A stretch of 63,801 bases of DNA, counting the filler, from Octopus bimaculoides (Eukaryota), in assembly GCF_001194135.2 (NCBI RefSeq). It is 7 parts of 6 records of this genome, joined end to end, with 100 filler letters (N's around TTAATTAATTAA, not from the genome) between each part and the next. Parts side by side here need not be neighbours in the genome. Positions count along the whole stretch, not along the records: positions 45,104 to 50,300 come from NC_069006.1; positions 50,401 to 61,559 come from NC_068989.1; 5 more parts are not named here. One strand, given 5' to 3'. Shown piece after piece: positions 45,142 to 56,924 of this stretch (the first letter of the stretch is position 1; every line of letters starts with the position of its first letter). Made by a program: the position numbers and the translations under genes. Under the pieces are notes generated by a model. The model was not told the origin of the DNA. It did no database searches and saw nothing but the letters and a program-made list of their open reading frames with translations.

Positions 45142-45196
<55 letters not shown>

Positions 45197-45626
45197 GCAT
45201 GTGTATATATAATATATATGCACATACACACACACACATATATATATATATAGATAGATAGATTGGCAGATAGATATGTATATATATATATGTTTATATA
45301 TATATATGTATAGATACAAACACGAACTCATGCACTGTCTCTGTATGTCTCTCTCTCTCTCTCTCTCGCACACACACATACACACACATGCACACACACA
45401 TATATATATATAGACATACACATGTACGTATATATATATAATGCAGTGTGTTTTGGGCGGGCTGTAATATATAAAAGACATGTCGACGGAAGAGGAAATG
45501 AGTTATGTTGGGGGAGAAACAGTACAGTTTTTACGGAAGAACGGCGGTAAGTTATGTCGGGATGTTACGTAAGACTCTGGTTGTAATCAGTCCCGAGTGT
45601 GAATAGTTTTGATACCCCCCCCCCAT

Positions 45627-45682
<56 letters not shown>

Positions 45683-45764
45683 TTATATATAGATACTTAT
45701 ATATGCACCCGCATACATAACCACTGACATGCACACACACAGACGCACGCATAGACACAGACAC

Positions 45765-45820
<56 letters not shown>

Positions 45821-45824
45821 AGAA

Positions 45825-45855
<31 letters not shown>

Positions 45856-46029
45856 GGACATACACACATATGGTGGTAACATCGGCGGTGCTCCAGCATG
45901 GCCATAGCCTTTGGGCTGAACCGTGTACGTACATATCTATGGAATTGAATTTGTTTTCTTCGGTTTTGATATAAAATCTGTACACCACTTCAAACAATCT
46001 ATACATAGATACATACATACATACATACA

Positions 46030-46067
<38 letters not shown>

Positions 46068-46405
46068 AGCTTATTTTCAGCTCACAGGAGAGAAAGTGGA
46101 TCTTGACGATAGATCCTTCATGATCTGCCTTAAAGGAATATTTTGATGCAAAATACAGCGCAGTTTGTGTATCTTTGCTTAACTCCAGCCCTATGAGTCA
46201 TGTGCTTACAACGATAATTCGTACTTCTACTTGTTCTATATACTTTTGTGTAATTTTATGTCTCATTTCTTTTGTTCTTCGGTAGACTTCGTATTTATCA
46301 CGCGGCCACAAATAGGGAAAAGTTATATCCTATATTTTAGATAAATGACCTGCATATCATACTACTTTCAAAGCTGTATTATCCAGCGTGGAATTTTTCA
46401 TAAAA

Positions 46406-46670
46406 ATGCATGAATATTACTGCAGCTGATGTAACCGGAAGTGCTGCACCGGTTTATATAATACTTTTGCCGCCATCTTTTTAGTATTCTACATCAAATG
46501 CATGAATATTGTTGCAGTTGACGTCACCGGAAGTTTCACTGTGGATTATATAATACTTTGCCTGACATAATTTCGGAATCCTTCATCAAATGCGTGAACA
46601 TCACTATAGCTGATGTAACCGGAACTATTGCGATGGATTTAGTAATACATTTACCGCCATAATTTTGTTG
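46406..46670 (+). repeat. Three diverged tandem 92-bp units
   Basis: ccggaa recurs at 46435, 46527 and 46619. Each unit has aaatgc(a/g)tgaa...gc(a/t)g(c/t)tga(t/c)gt(a/c)accggaa...taatac. Confidence 0.85.
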
Positions 46671-47384
46671 CAATAAATATTGTAATAATACATGAAAGTC
46701 GCTGATGAGTAATATTGTCATAAATAATGTTATCGATAGATTTAAGCTGAATGTTTTCGCTAAAATGTTTTAGAGACTATTCAAATGAAAGCCAATCTTT
46801 TAGTTTTCTCTTGTTTATTTTCCTTCATTGTGTTTTTAGTTGCTACAACCTAGCATTTATTTGTTTCTTCTCTGAGCAAATCAACCTAGATTGAAATTGT
46901 CTATGATCAAAGGCTTCCTAGTCATCACCAATCCTGTATTGTATTTCAGATGTTCTGTAACAAGGACGACATGAACGAATTCATTCTGTCCCAGTTATGA
47001 AAGAATATAATGGGATCTTTAGGCGAAATTTAGCTACTATTTGTAGTAAATCTAGTGGGTACATAGAGGATCCTTATACAGGTCTTTATATTTCAGGAAG
47101 TATTTTCTTTTCGTTTTCCTTAGGCTGGCTCTTTTCGTTGTGTCATTAGTGTATAGTTTATGCTGTGAAGTATTGTTAAGAGTTTGTTTCGATACTTGAG
47201 TGAATAATGTTTGAGAATGGATTTGTCATGTGATTGTAATGGACAGGTAAGATTGGCATGTTGCTCGTGCAGTTCTCGTTGACAATGATTGCAGCCCCAA
47301 CTAATAACAGAGTCAATGATATCTTTGCAAATATTTATTCTCTTGAATTACTTGCTCCGTATTGAATATAGATATAGATATATA

Positions 47385-47540
47385 TATGGCGTTGTCACAT
47401 TCTGTGTCACGCTGAATCCCCATGAAAACTACGCTAAGGCTAGGCACGTCTGTGGAGTGCTCAGCTACTTTCATGTTAATTTCACGAGCAGGCTGTTCTG
47501 TTGATTGGACCAACGGGAACCCTTTTCAACGTAACCGACG
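47385..47540 (-). mobile_element. SINE-like interspersed repeat fragment, family unassigned
   Basis: Minus strand aacagcctgctcgtgaaattaacatgaaagtagctgagcactccacagac, recalled as a common cephalopod repeat; single copy here. Confidence 0.4.
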
Positions 47541-48557
47541 GAATGCTTGTTTATGTCATGCGCACGTAGCCTCATATGCGTTCTCACCAAGTAACAATTC
47601 CTTAAATAACGATGGCAGTGTTTGCAACTAGCTACTAAATCAGGTCTATGCTCAAAAATTTCAAAAGACTCCAACTGAATATAATAACTCTCTGGAGTAC
47701 CCAAAATGTTGATATGGATTAACCTTTCGTTAGACCTTACTTTATATAAGGAAAGCCGCCACAGCCATGACCATCAAGGATTTTTGTAGATATAATTTCT
47801 GTGAAACATAGCTACAGAATATGTTCTTCCTTTTGAAGGCGATAAAATATTATTTAAAGGGCATTTGGTTCCCATTCTGATAGATTGAGGGGGTATTCTC
47901 TCAAACTGTCACCACGATATGTGATTTCTTTAGGTTTAGTAAATTTTTCCATTAATAAAATAAAATAAACCATCCATCCATCCATCCATACATATATATA
48001 TGTATAAATGTATACGTACATATATACATACACATATATATATGAGTATATATNNNNNNNNNNNNNNNNNNNNNNNNNNNNNNNNNNNNNNNNNNNNNNN
48101 NNNNNNNNNNNNNNNNNNNNNNNNNNNNNNNNNNNNNNNNNNNNNNNNNNNNNNNNNNNNNNNNNNNNNNNNNNNNNNNNNNNNNNNNNNNNNNNNNNNN
48201 NNNNNNNNNNNNNNNNNNNNNNNNNNNNNNNNNNNNNNNNNNNNNNNNNNNNNNNNNNNNNNNNNNNNNNNNNNNNNNNNNNNNNNNNNNNNNNNNNNNN
48301 NNNNNNNNNNNNNNNNNNNGTATGTATATACAAAATATTTATGTATGTATGGATGTATGTATATACTTATGTACATCTGTGTGTATGTCCATGGTGGAGA
48401 AACACATAATGGGGTGTATATGTGTCTGTACGTAGGTTTGTATGTGTGTGTGTGTGTGCGCGCATGTATGTGTATATATAAACTCACAGAAACACTCATA
48501 CATATACACGTAAACGGGTATATATATATATTCATATCCACCTATGCACGTAATCGA

Positions 48558-48593
<36 letters not shown>

Positions 48594-48966
48594 NNNNNNN
48601 NNNNNNNNNNNNNNNNNNNNNNNNNNNNNNNNNNNNNNNNNNNNNNNNNNNNNNNNNNNNNNNNNNNNNNNNNNNNNNNNNNNNNNNNNNNNNNNNNNNN
48701 NNNNNNNNNNNNNNNNNNNNNNNNNNNNNNNNNNNNNNNNNNNNNNNNNNNNNNNNNNNNNNNNNNNNNNNNNNNNNNNNNNNNNNNNNNNNNNNNNNNN
48801 NNNNNNNNNNNNNNNNNNNNNNNNNNNNNNNNNNNNNNNNNNNNNNNNNAGTTGGTGTGATCTGAGGTGTGGTATATTGCGTTTTGAGCACGATATTTGG
48901 GGAATATGGGAGGGCGAACATCAGTCGTTTTATTATTGTTGATGTGATTATTACTGTTGTTGTTGC

Positions 48967-49043
<77 letters not shown>

Positions 49044-49097
49044 TTGTCGTTGTTATTGATGCTGTTATTGTGGATGATATCGATGTTGTTGTTATTG

Positions 49098-49159
<62 letters not shown>

Positions 49160-49161
<2 letters not shown>

Positions 49162-49290
49162 GAGAGAGCAGTGCATGCCATCAAAGTGACACTAGGGTAC
49201 AAATATACGAAGCCCAGTATACCTATGGTGACTACCCGCCTGATTTGGTACACCAGGCACATGCATCACAACCATTTGTGCGCGACATGG
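49160..49290 (-). mobile_element. (AAT)n-tailed retroposon 3' end
   Basis: (att)n followed by gagagcagtgcatgccatcaaagtgacactagggtacaaatatacgaagccc. Confidence 0.7.
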
Positions 49291-49746
49291 TAATTTCTTT
49301 TCTTTGTTTCAGTCATATGACTGTGGTCATGCTGGAGCGTTGAAGAAAATCATAATTAACTGATCATCCTGGTAACATTTACGGGGCTTAGAAAGACTGA
49401 AGTCTGTTCAAATAAGTGTGCGAATCCGAGAGGGGAATTTGTTGAATAAAATCATAATTAACTGATCCTCCTGTATTTTGTTTTGCCAAAAGCTAGGAAC
49501 TTTTCTGCTCCTCCTTACACCTGTCAACCGGTAATATATCGTCATTTGCACTGAAAACGGCAAGAATCAAAACGATGATTACTTTCCGTCAAATTCGAAC
49601 GCAAACATGCTAATAGCTGTTGTGATCGTCACAGGAGAACATGTTTTCCTTTACGACGACTATGCGTTCACACCACACACAGTTCATTACTACTGTACGA
49701 ATCGGTGATGCAAAGCAAAGAAAAAAAAAAAAGATAACATATTTAC

Positions 49747-49826
49747 CTGGTGTTAGATTTCTTTTAGAATCCGAAGCAATCTGGAGGAAATAGTAATTCT
49801 TACATCTGCTTGGAACACTTCGCCAT
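49747..49826 (-). CDS. Weak candidate internal exon WRSVPSRCKNYYFLQIASDSKRNLTP(G), phase 2-1
   Basis: Acceptor ctatttcctgcAG, donor CCAG/gtaaat, one open frame; end phase is compatible with the 42167 exon. Confidence 0.3.
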
Positions 49827-50125
49827 CTGCAGGAAATAGATTCTTTATCCTAAAATAAATAGAAGAAAAAAAAAAAGGGGGGAAAACCAGAGACCTCTCT
49901 CTCTCAGGATTCAAGATGTATATTCCTTAGTTCGATCAAATCTCCGGCTTAGTCATTGAATTAATTATAATGTACATAGGTGGGTGTGCCAGTTATACAT
50001 GTGGCCTTAACATGTATACATACAAACACAAACACACACGCACGCATGCACACAGTTATCCACATCAACTAACACGTTTTGTGTATACATATACACGGTC
50101 ATACACTCATATATATACATACACA

Positions 50126-50166
<41 letters not shown>

Positions 50167-51291
50167 TTATATATGAGTATTGTCCCCCCCCATACACACG
50201 AAGTGAAAATTGAACGGTTAATCAAGGAGTTCAACTCAAACCAGCACTTAAGTGAGAATGGAATCTATCATCTATTATGCATTTCATGGTGGGCGTGACT
50301 NNNNNNNNNNNNNNNNNNNNNNNNNNNNNNNNNNNNNNNNNNNNTTAATTAATTAANNNNNNNNNNNNNNNNNNNNNNNNNNNNNNNNNNNNNNNNNNNN
50401 TATGTATGTATGCCTGTATGTATGTATGTATATATATATGTACATTATTATTAATTAATGTATTAATTGCCTATAAATGTTTATAGCATGCTTATTACTT
50501 GATAAAAATCACGTTAGTGATTTTTTCCTTATAGTCTTTTATGAATTAATAAATAATTTAAATAAAATAATATAATTATTTTTAATCCTGACCGGAAGAG
50601 CATTTACTGCTTGACTATTCCTATTATATACATGTTGGATGTGGTGAGGGGATTTAAAATTGACTTTCTTTCAATTTCGATCTATACGTGCAAATATGTG
50701 CTTGTAGACGTGTGAACTTGCTTTGGAGGGTATATACAATTATTTGGACTTATATTCCCGCCACCGTGTATTGTGTTGATGAAGGAAAAAGGATTATTTT
50801 TCGCTTTAATCCAGAAAGTGGAACCAATTCACAATTAACGTGAGGTCTTTTAAATTTTCTCTCACTCGCCCGCTTTCAGCCATGAGTATATTTTTAGCTG
50901 GAGTTTTTTGTAGTGTTATGAAAGTATCAGCACTGGAAGCATACTGGGGATAGGTCGTTTTCGCCCTAGCTCCCTTCATATAATTATATACATATGTTCA
51001 TTATTATTAATTTAATGCATTAATTGCCTATAAATTTTTATAGCATGCTGACTATTTGACAAAAATCATTAACGTGATTTTTATCCTTATATTGTTTTAT
51101 AAATTTATATATATATATATATATACACACATATATATATCTATATACAATTTCAAAGTATGGTGATTAAAATCAAAATAAGTAACAAGAATATCCCGAG
51201 GAAATGCAGTACGATCGCTTTATGCAACACCATTTAATTGAACAATGCAATCATTACATTAATTTAAAATGTAGAGTGTGTGTGTGTGTGT

Positions 51292-51322
<31 letters not shown>

Positions 51323-51611
51323 CGTGCGTGTGTGTGTGTGCGTGTGTATGCGTGTGTGTGTGTGTGTATACATACATATATATATGCATATATGCATATA
51401 TGCATTCATGCATTCATGCATACACACACATATGTATGTGTATGCATGTACACACGCACACGTATCTATTCACAGCTGCAGCTCCTATGATTATACTTCT
51501 GATGTACCAGAACTAAGCAACAATATGATCAACAACAGCAGCAGTAGCAACAAAAACAGTATCGATAGTAATAGCAGCAGTAACCATATAACTAACAATA
51601 TGACTATTCTA

Positions 51612-52787
51612 TTAGGTTGTCAAGAAAGTTCTTGCGGTTTTTAACCTTTAAATTCAGATGCACATATCTCGACTCAAACAAAACTTTATTAATCGAAATA
51701 AAGACCATCAGAACCAACACACCTTGGCCAACGGGAAACAAGTTTATTTATGCCAGTAACGTAAAAATCCTGCGTTCTGGGGGCGATGAAGTTGTTGAAA
51801 GCGTGCTTGGCATCGTCTTGGTTTTTGAAGCATTTCTCACGCAGGAAGTTGTCGAGATGCTTGAAAAAGTGGTAGTCAGTAGGTGAGAGGTCTGATGAGT
51901 ATGGCGGATGAGGCAGAGTTTCGTAGCCCAATTCGTTCAACTTCTGCAGAGTCGCCCGTGGAAAAGAATTGGTCCTTTTCTATTGACCAATGCTGGTTGT
52001 TGTTGTCGGAGTTTCTTATGCATTTCATCCATTTACTGACAGTCCTTCTCCGTAATGGTTTCACCTGGATGCAAAAAGCTGTGATGGATGAGACCGGCCG
52101 CNNNNNNNNNNNNNNNNNNNNNNNNNNNNNNNNNNNNNNNNNNNNNNNNNNNNNNNNNNNNNNNNNNNNNNNNNNNNNNNNNNNNNNNNNNNNNNNNNNN
52201 NNNNNNNNNNNNNNNNNNNNNNNNNNNNNNNNNNNNNNNNNNNNNNNNNNNNNNNNNNNNNNNNNNNNNNNNNNNNNNNNNNNNNNNNNNNNNNNNNNNN
52301 NNNNNNNNNNNNNNNNNNNNNNNNNNNNNNNNNNNNNNNNNNNNNNNNNNNNNNNNNNNNNNNNNNNNNNNNNNNNNNNNNNNNNNNNNNNNNNNNNNNN
52401 NNNNNNNNNNNNNNNNNNNNNNNNNNNNNNNNNNNNNNNNNNNNNNNNNNNNNNNNNNNNNNNNNNNNNNNNNNNNNNNNNNNNNNNNNNNNNNNNNNNN
52501 NNNNNNNNNNNNNNNNNNNNNNNNNNNNNNNNNNNNNNNNNNNNNNNNNNNNNAGCTTGAATTGGATTAAGAAAATTGTGCGAATTTGCTTTTTGTTCAT
52601 GTAATATTCAGCGTTCCGAAAAAATTGGCCTAATTATTCAAAACGAAAGAGTTACGCGATTAGATAGAGCGAAAAACGGGCTTTAAAATGATATATAAAG
52701 TCATTGTAATTTAATGAAAATTAATTTTAAAATACATCATTTAAAATCAAAATTTAAAATTCCGCAAGAACTTTCTTGACAACCTAA
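51612..52787 (-). mobile_element. Mariner (Hsmar1/Mos1-like DD34D) transposon, defective, partly in a gap
   Basis: Perfect 26-bp TIRs ttaggttgtcaagaaagttcttgcgg with TA on both sides. N-terminus MNKKQIRTIFLIQFK; C-terminus NELGYETLPHPPYSSDLSPTDYHFFKHLDNFL...SRWPRCVGSDGLYFD. The HDNARPH motif is deleted and there is an internal stop. Confidence 0.95.
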
Positions 52788-53515
52788 TATCACTTATTAA
52801 CTGAGAATGGTAGATTCTCTCACAACGATGGCGACTGCATATGTAAATCTTCAGCTGTGCAAACTCTCTTTTGTCATTTTAGACTTCTCGTTTTATTCCT
52901 ATCGCATGTTCTGTTATAATACATTTCTTTATCAAATAAATTTGCGTTCTAAGCAAGAAAAGATATTTTAAACACATATTAACATGCATTTAAACATATA
53001 CATACACATGTTTACATACACAAATATACATACATGCATACACACATCTTTCCTAGTATGCAGACATAGGATGAAATTCAATAATGAATTAAAAGCAACG
53101 TTAGTGTTGTAAACAGTCATAAACTGGCGATTTGATTTGTCTCCGGTTTGATTCAGGTACATGAAATATCCGTATCCATCATTCCTGCATTCAATCGGAG
53201 GCGAGTTGTCTAACTTGTCTATGACTCTCAGGTATTTTAACACCCAGTGTTATGAGGGGTGTCGTTCCCCAAGCGCTATTCCGTAGCGAACTGGTGAACA
53301 AACAAAACACATACATTGAGTATGTACGGTCGATAATATATAGACAGACAGACAGACAGACAGATAGACTGACTGACAGACAGACAGACAGATAGACAGA
53401 TAGACTGACTGACAGACAGACAGATAGACTGACTGACAGACAGACAGGCAGGCAGGTAGGTAGGTAGGTAGGTAGATAGATAGATAGANNNNNNNNNNGT
53501 AGGTAGGTAGGTAGG

Positions 53516-53582
<67 letters not shown>

Positions 53583-53584
<2 letters not shown>

Positions 53585-54020
53585 CCAAATTTAGGGAATG
53601 GAGTAGATAAAATCCAGGCTACATATGTTTCCTAGCTAGCAGAACCTCGGAAGGAGTAATTACCCAACCGTGGAGTACTCCGCTAGCTACTCTTCAGACC
53701 AAAGATACCTTAGTCAGATGAAGGCTATATTGTCGTCAAAGGATCCCATGTAAACTCGCAGGAGATATGATAGAAAAAAATATAGCCTGAATTTTATCTA
53801 TTCCATTCCCTAAATTTGGATTTTTATTCGGATACACAGCAAACCCAGTTTCTAACTATGAACATAAAATAACTTTTTCAGCCTATCGAACTTCGATATG
53901 AGAAACATTTACAACCTTATACGTCAATAAGCCATTATTGTTCCTGAAAGCAGTTTTGTTATACCTTCTACGGACTGCTCGAAGCTTACTACCTTCCTAC
54001 ACCTTGATTCTTGGGTCTTC
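53583..54020. repeat. Interspersed repeat copy A: 39-bp inverted repeats around a 160-bp segment X, followed by segment Y
   Basis: IRs at 53583-53621 and 53783-53821 (37/39 match); X and Y are both homologous to 62165-62585. Confidence 0.75.
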
Positions 54021-54103
54021 CGGTCATTTCAAAATGTAACCACATGTGAATCGTTGGCGATTTTCTTCTTCCGTCTTCTCTTCTTTTGGACTTTCCTCTA
54101 TTT

Positions 54104-54131
54104 CTGAAGAAGAGCTTTGCTCGAAATGTTA
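54104..54131 (+). ncRNA. Minimal type-I hammerhead-ribozyme-like motif in a Penelope-type repeat
   Basis: CTGAAGA-a-GAGC-ttt-GCTC-GAAA-TGTTA. Core boxes and stem II are present; stem I pairing is weak. Confidence 0.5.
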
Positions 54132-54242
54132 ATCCTCTTTCTTTCCTTTCCTAAGCGTCTGATAATACATTATTTAGACCACGTACCCGCGTTGTTGTTT
54201 TTTGATGTTTTTTCTTCTTTGTTTGGATTCACTATATGTGTG

Positions 54243-54288
<46 letters not shown>

Positions 54289-54346
54289 CACACACACATA
54301 ATGTNNNNNNNNNNTGTGTGTGTGTGTGTGTGTATACACACACATA

Positions 54347-55242
54347 ATGTATGATCAATAAGTATCCGGACTGTTGCCATAGTAACAGTGCTATAGCACA
54401 CAGAGTGAAGCGCTTGGCACAGATTGACTTTGAACTCTGCTGTGCAAGTGCACTAAGTTTTAACGTTCTAGCTCACTTTCGCTGTTTATTTTATAGCAGT
54501 GCTTCGAAGGAACGTGCGTAGCGTGTGATCGTCGCATTGATTATAGCAGAGAAAGTTGTTATGATGATGCCTCCTCAGATCCCAACGCAAAGTTGCAGAA
54601 AGTGTATGGAGAGGTGTGTATGAGCCGCACACAAGTGTACAAGTGGTTCATATGTTTCCAAGACAATCGAAAAAATGTCGATATTGACGAACGTTCTGGG
54701 AGACCCGTAACCAACAGAACTGAGAAAAACATTGCAGATGTGCGTGCAGCTGTGTGAGGAAATTGTCGATACGTCATCCATGAGTTATCAGAGGATGTGC
54801 AGATTAACTACGGTTTAGTTCAGTCCATTATTACTGAAGATTTGGGTATGAGGTGCGTGTCTGCCAAGTTTGTGGCAAAACTGCTTTCTGCTGACCAAAA
54901 AGACACTCGGGTTTCAGTTGCACAAGATCTCCTTCGTTGAGTCGAGAACGATGAAAGCTTTATGAAAACTTTGCGTAGGCCTCTGAGCAGGTATCACCAA
55001 GGTTTTGGCAAAATTTGATGCAGATATTTTGCTCAACTTTCTCTGTCATAAATAATGCGACGATCACACGCCACACACGTTCCTTCTAAGTACTGCTGTA
55101 AACAGCGGTTGTGAGCTAGAAGGTTAAACTTAGTGCGCATGCACAGCAGAGTTCAAGGTCAATCTGTACCAAGTGGCTTCACTCTGCGTGCTTTAGCTTC
55201 GTTATTATGGCAACTGTTTGGATACTTATAGATCAGACCATG
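54347..55242 (+). mobile_element. Non-autonomous long-arm mariner derivative, copy 2 (opposite orientation to copy 1)
   Basis: Same TIR family (gatcaataagtatccggactgttgccata ... ggatacttatagatcagaccatg-TA), same inversion junction and same small deletion as 21949-22830. Confidence 0.85.
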
Positions 55243-55616
55243 TATATACATACGACGGGTTTCCACAAAATTTTCGTCTCGCAAATTCATTGCACAGTGT
55301 ATTAGTCAAAACGTAAATATTTTATCCCTACACAATATTCTTTGTATACTGCTTCTTTTTCTCAAATAACAACCACAAATAGCTTTTCGTTTTCTTAATC
55401 CATATATTTTATTAAAAATTTAACTTAAAATATTGAACATATATTCTAATACTGAAAAGAAGTAATCTGAACAACAATAAATTTTTTGTGAAAATTTTAG
55501 TGACAAATACTCCAGGTTTTGTATGAAAAATATTTAACAACCAAAGGTTTTTCAGCTTTATCAGTCAATGTCTTAAATGTATTATGCACAGACAAAAATG
55601 CAATATATATTTCGTC

Positions 55617-55908
55617 TTAAAATGGTGTTTCTATTTGTTTTGTATCAACGAAATTTTTCGTATTTTCTTCTGTAGCTGAATGCTTTTTCAATGTGATCAT
55701 TCTTCGCTTCAAAAAAAAACATTTGAACCAAGGTCGAACAATGAAGAAACCGATGGCTGAGCCACTTATAACAGCTATGAAAATCCATATATTTCCTGTC
55801 ATCACACTTAACATGAGATAATAAGAGAGTACTATTTGGCAAACATAAGCAAGAGTGCAAGAAAATTTGCACGATATCGGTATGCTGTCAGGACCGCAAA
55901 TATTCTTC
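55617..55908 (-). CDS. SLC31A: Terminal exon of an SLC31/Ctr-family copper transporter (TM2-TM3 and C-tail)
   Basis: Acceptor ttttatttttcAG (phase 2). KNICGPDSIPISCKFSCTLAYVCQIVLSYYLMLSVMTGNIWIFIAVISGSAIGFFIVRPW...IETPF-stop contains Q...SY.LM, MxxxM (MLSVM), a T.N loop and GxxxG (GSAIG) at Ctr spacing. Upstream exons not identified. Confidence 0.8.
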
Positions 55909-56924
55909 CTGAAAAATAAAATTGAATGATGGTATAAACAGGTGAACTGTAAATAAAATTCTTCTAACTTCATGTAATAGTAATAAAATTTCTCCGACTG
56001 ACTTAACGAAAAAATTATCACTGCATCAACCGAAATGATTTCATTAGATGTCGTTATGGGAATCTAATAGAAAAAAATAAAATATTTAATACCATGGTTA
56101 ACTCCATTGCAAATAAATCTAATCACTTTGTTCATAAGGACAAGACTTGTAACAACGTAAAGCCTAGTCAGTCATCCAAGAAGTAAAGATATTTCCTATG
56201 TGCCTTTATTCATGCATATATACTTCTATTCTTTCACTTGATTCAGTCATTGGACTGCGATCTTACTGGGTTACTGTCTTGAAGGGCTTAGTCGATCAAA
56301 CTGACCCGAGTATTCACATTTTAAACTGGAAAAGCACTCTCAGAGCGCACACCTCTGCCAAGCAGCTCATTTCCATCCATATACACGACGTTATTATCAA
56401 GACGGTTACCTTGACAGTCACTTTCACCACCACAACCAGTATAACCACTACAATACCACCATCACACAACCAATACTATCATCAACACCACTATCACCTC
56501 AGCATCACACATCACACAGCTCCTGTCGCCATTATAACCACATGTATTATTTTACCCTCCTCCCATACTTATCTCGACCATCGTCATCATCAACACTGTC
56601 TCTGCTTTCACCACAATCACCGTCAAAACTACGATCACCACAATCAATTTCTTTACACAGTCGGAAATCCATTATCCGATACTCAAGGGACAGAGATTGT
56701 TGCAGATTTTTTTATTTTTCTAATTTCGGAGTGTTTTATAAAACAAAATTGCATCTACAAAACGGAACAGTTTGAGGATAGAAATCAGGTCTAAACACAA
56801 TAGCTTATAGACATACTCTGAATGTAGCTCTATATAAATCTTTATTTATACTTAAGACCATCAGAAATGTTAAGATATCAGCCTCTACCCATGTTGTCAT
56901 GCTTTGAATAAAATGTTACAGCAT

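Noticed and set aside
52968-53295. Protein-like minus frame (RVIDKLDNSPPIECRNDGYGYFMYLN) downstream of a good acceptor
   Set aside because: An in-frame stop separates it from the acceptor, there is no clear donor, and I recognise no homology.
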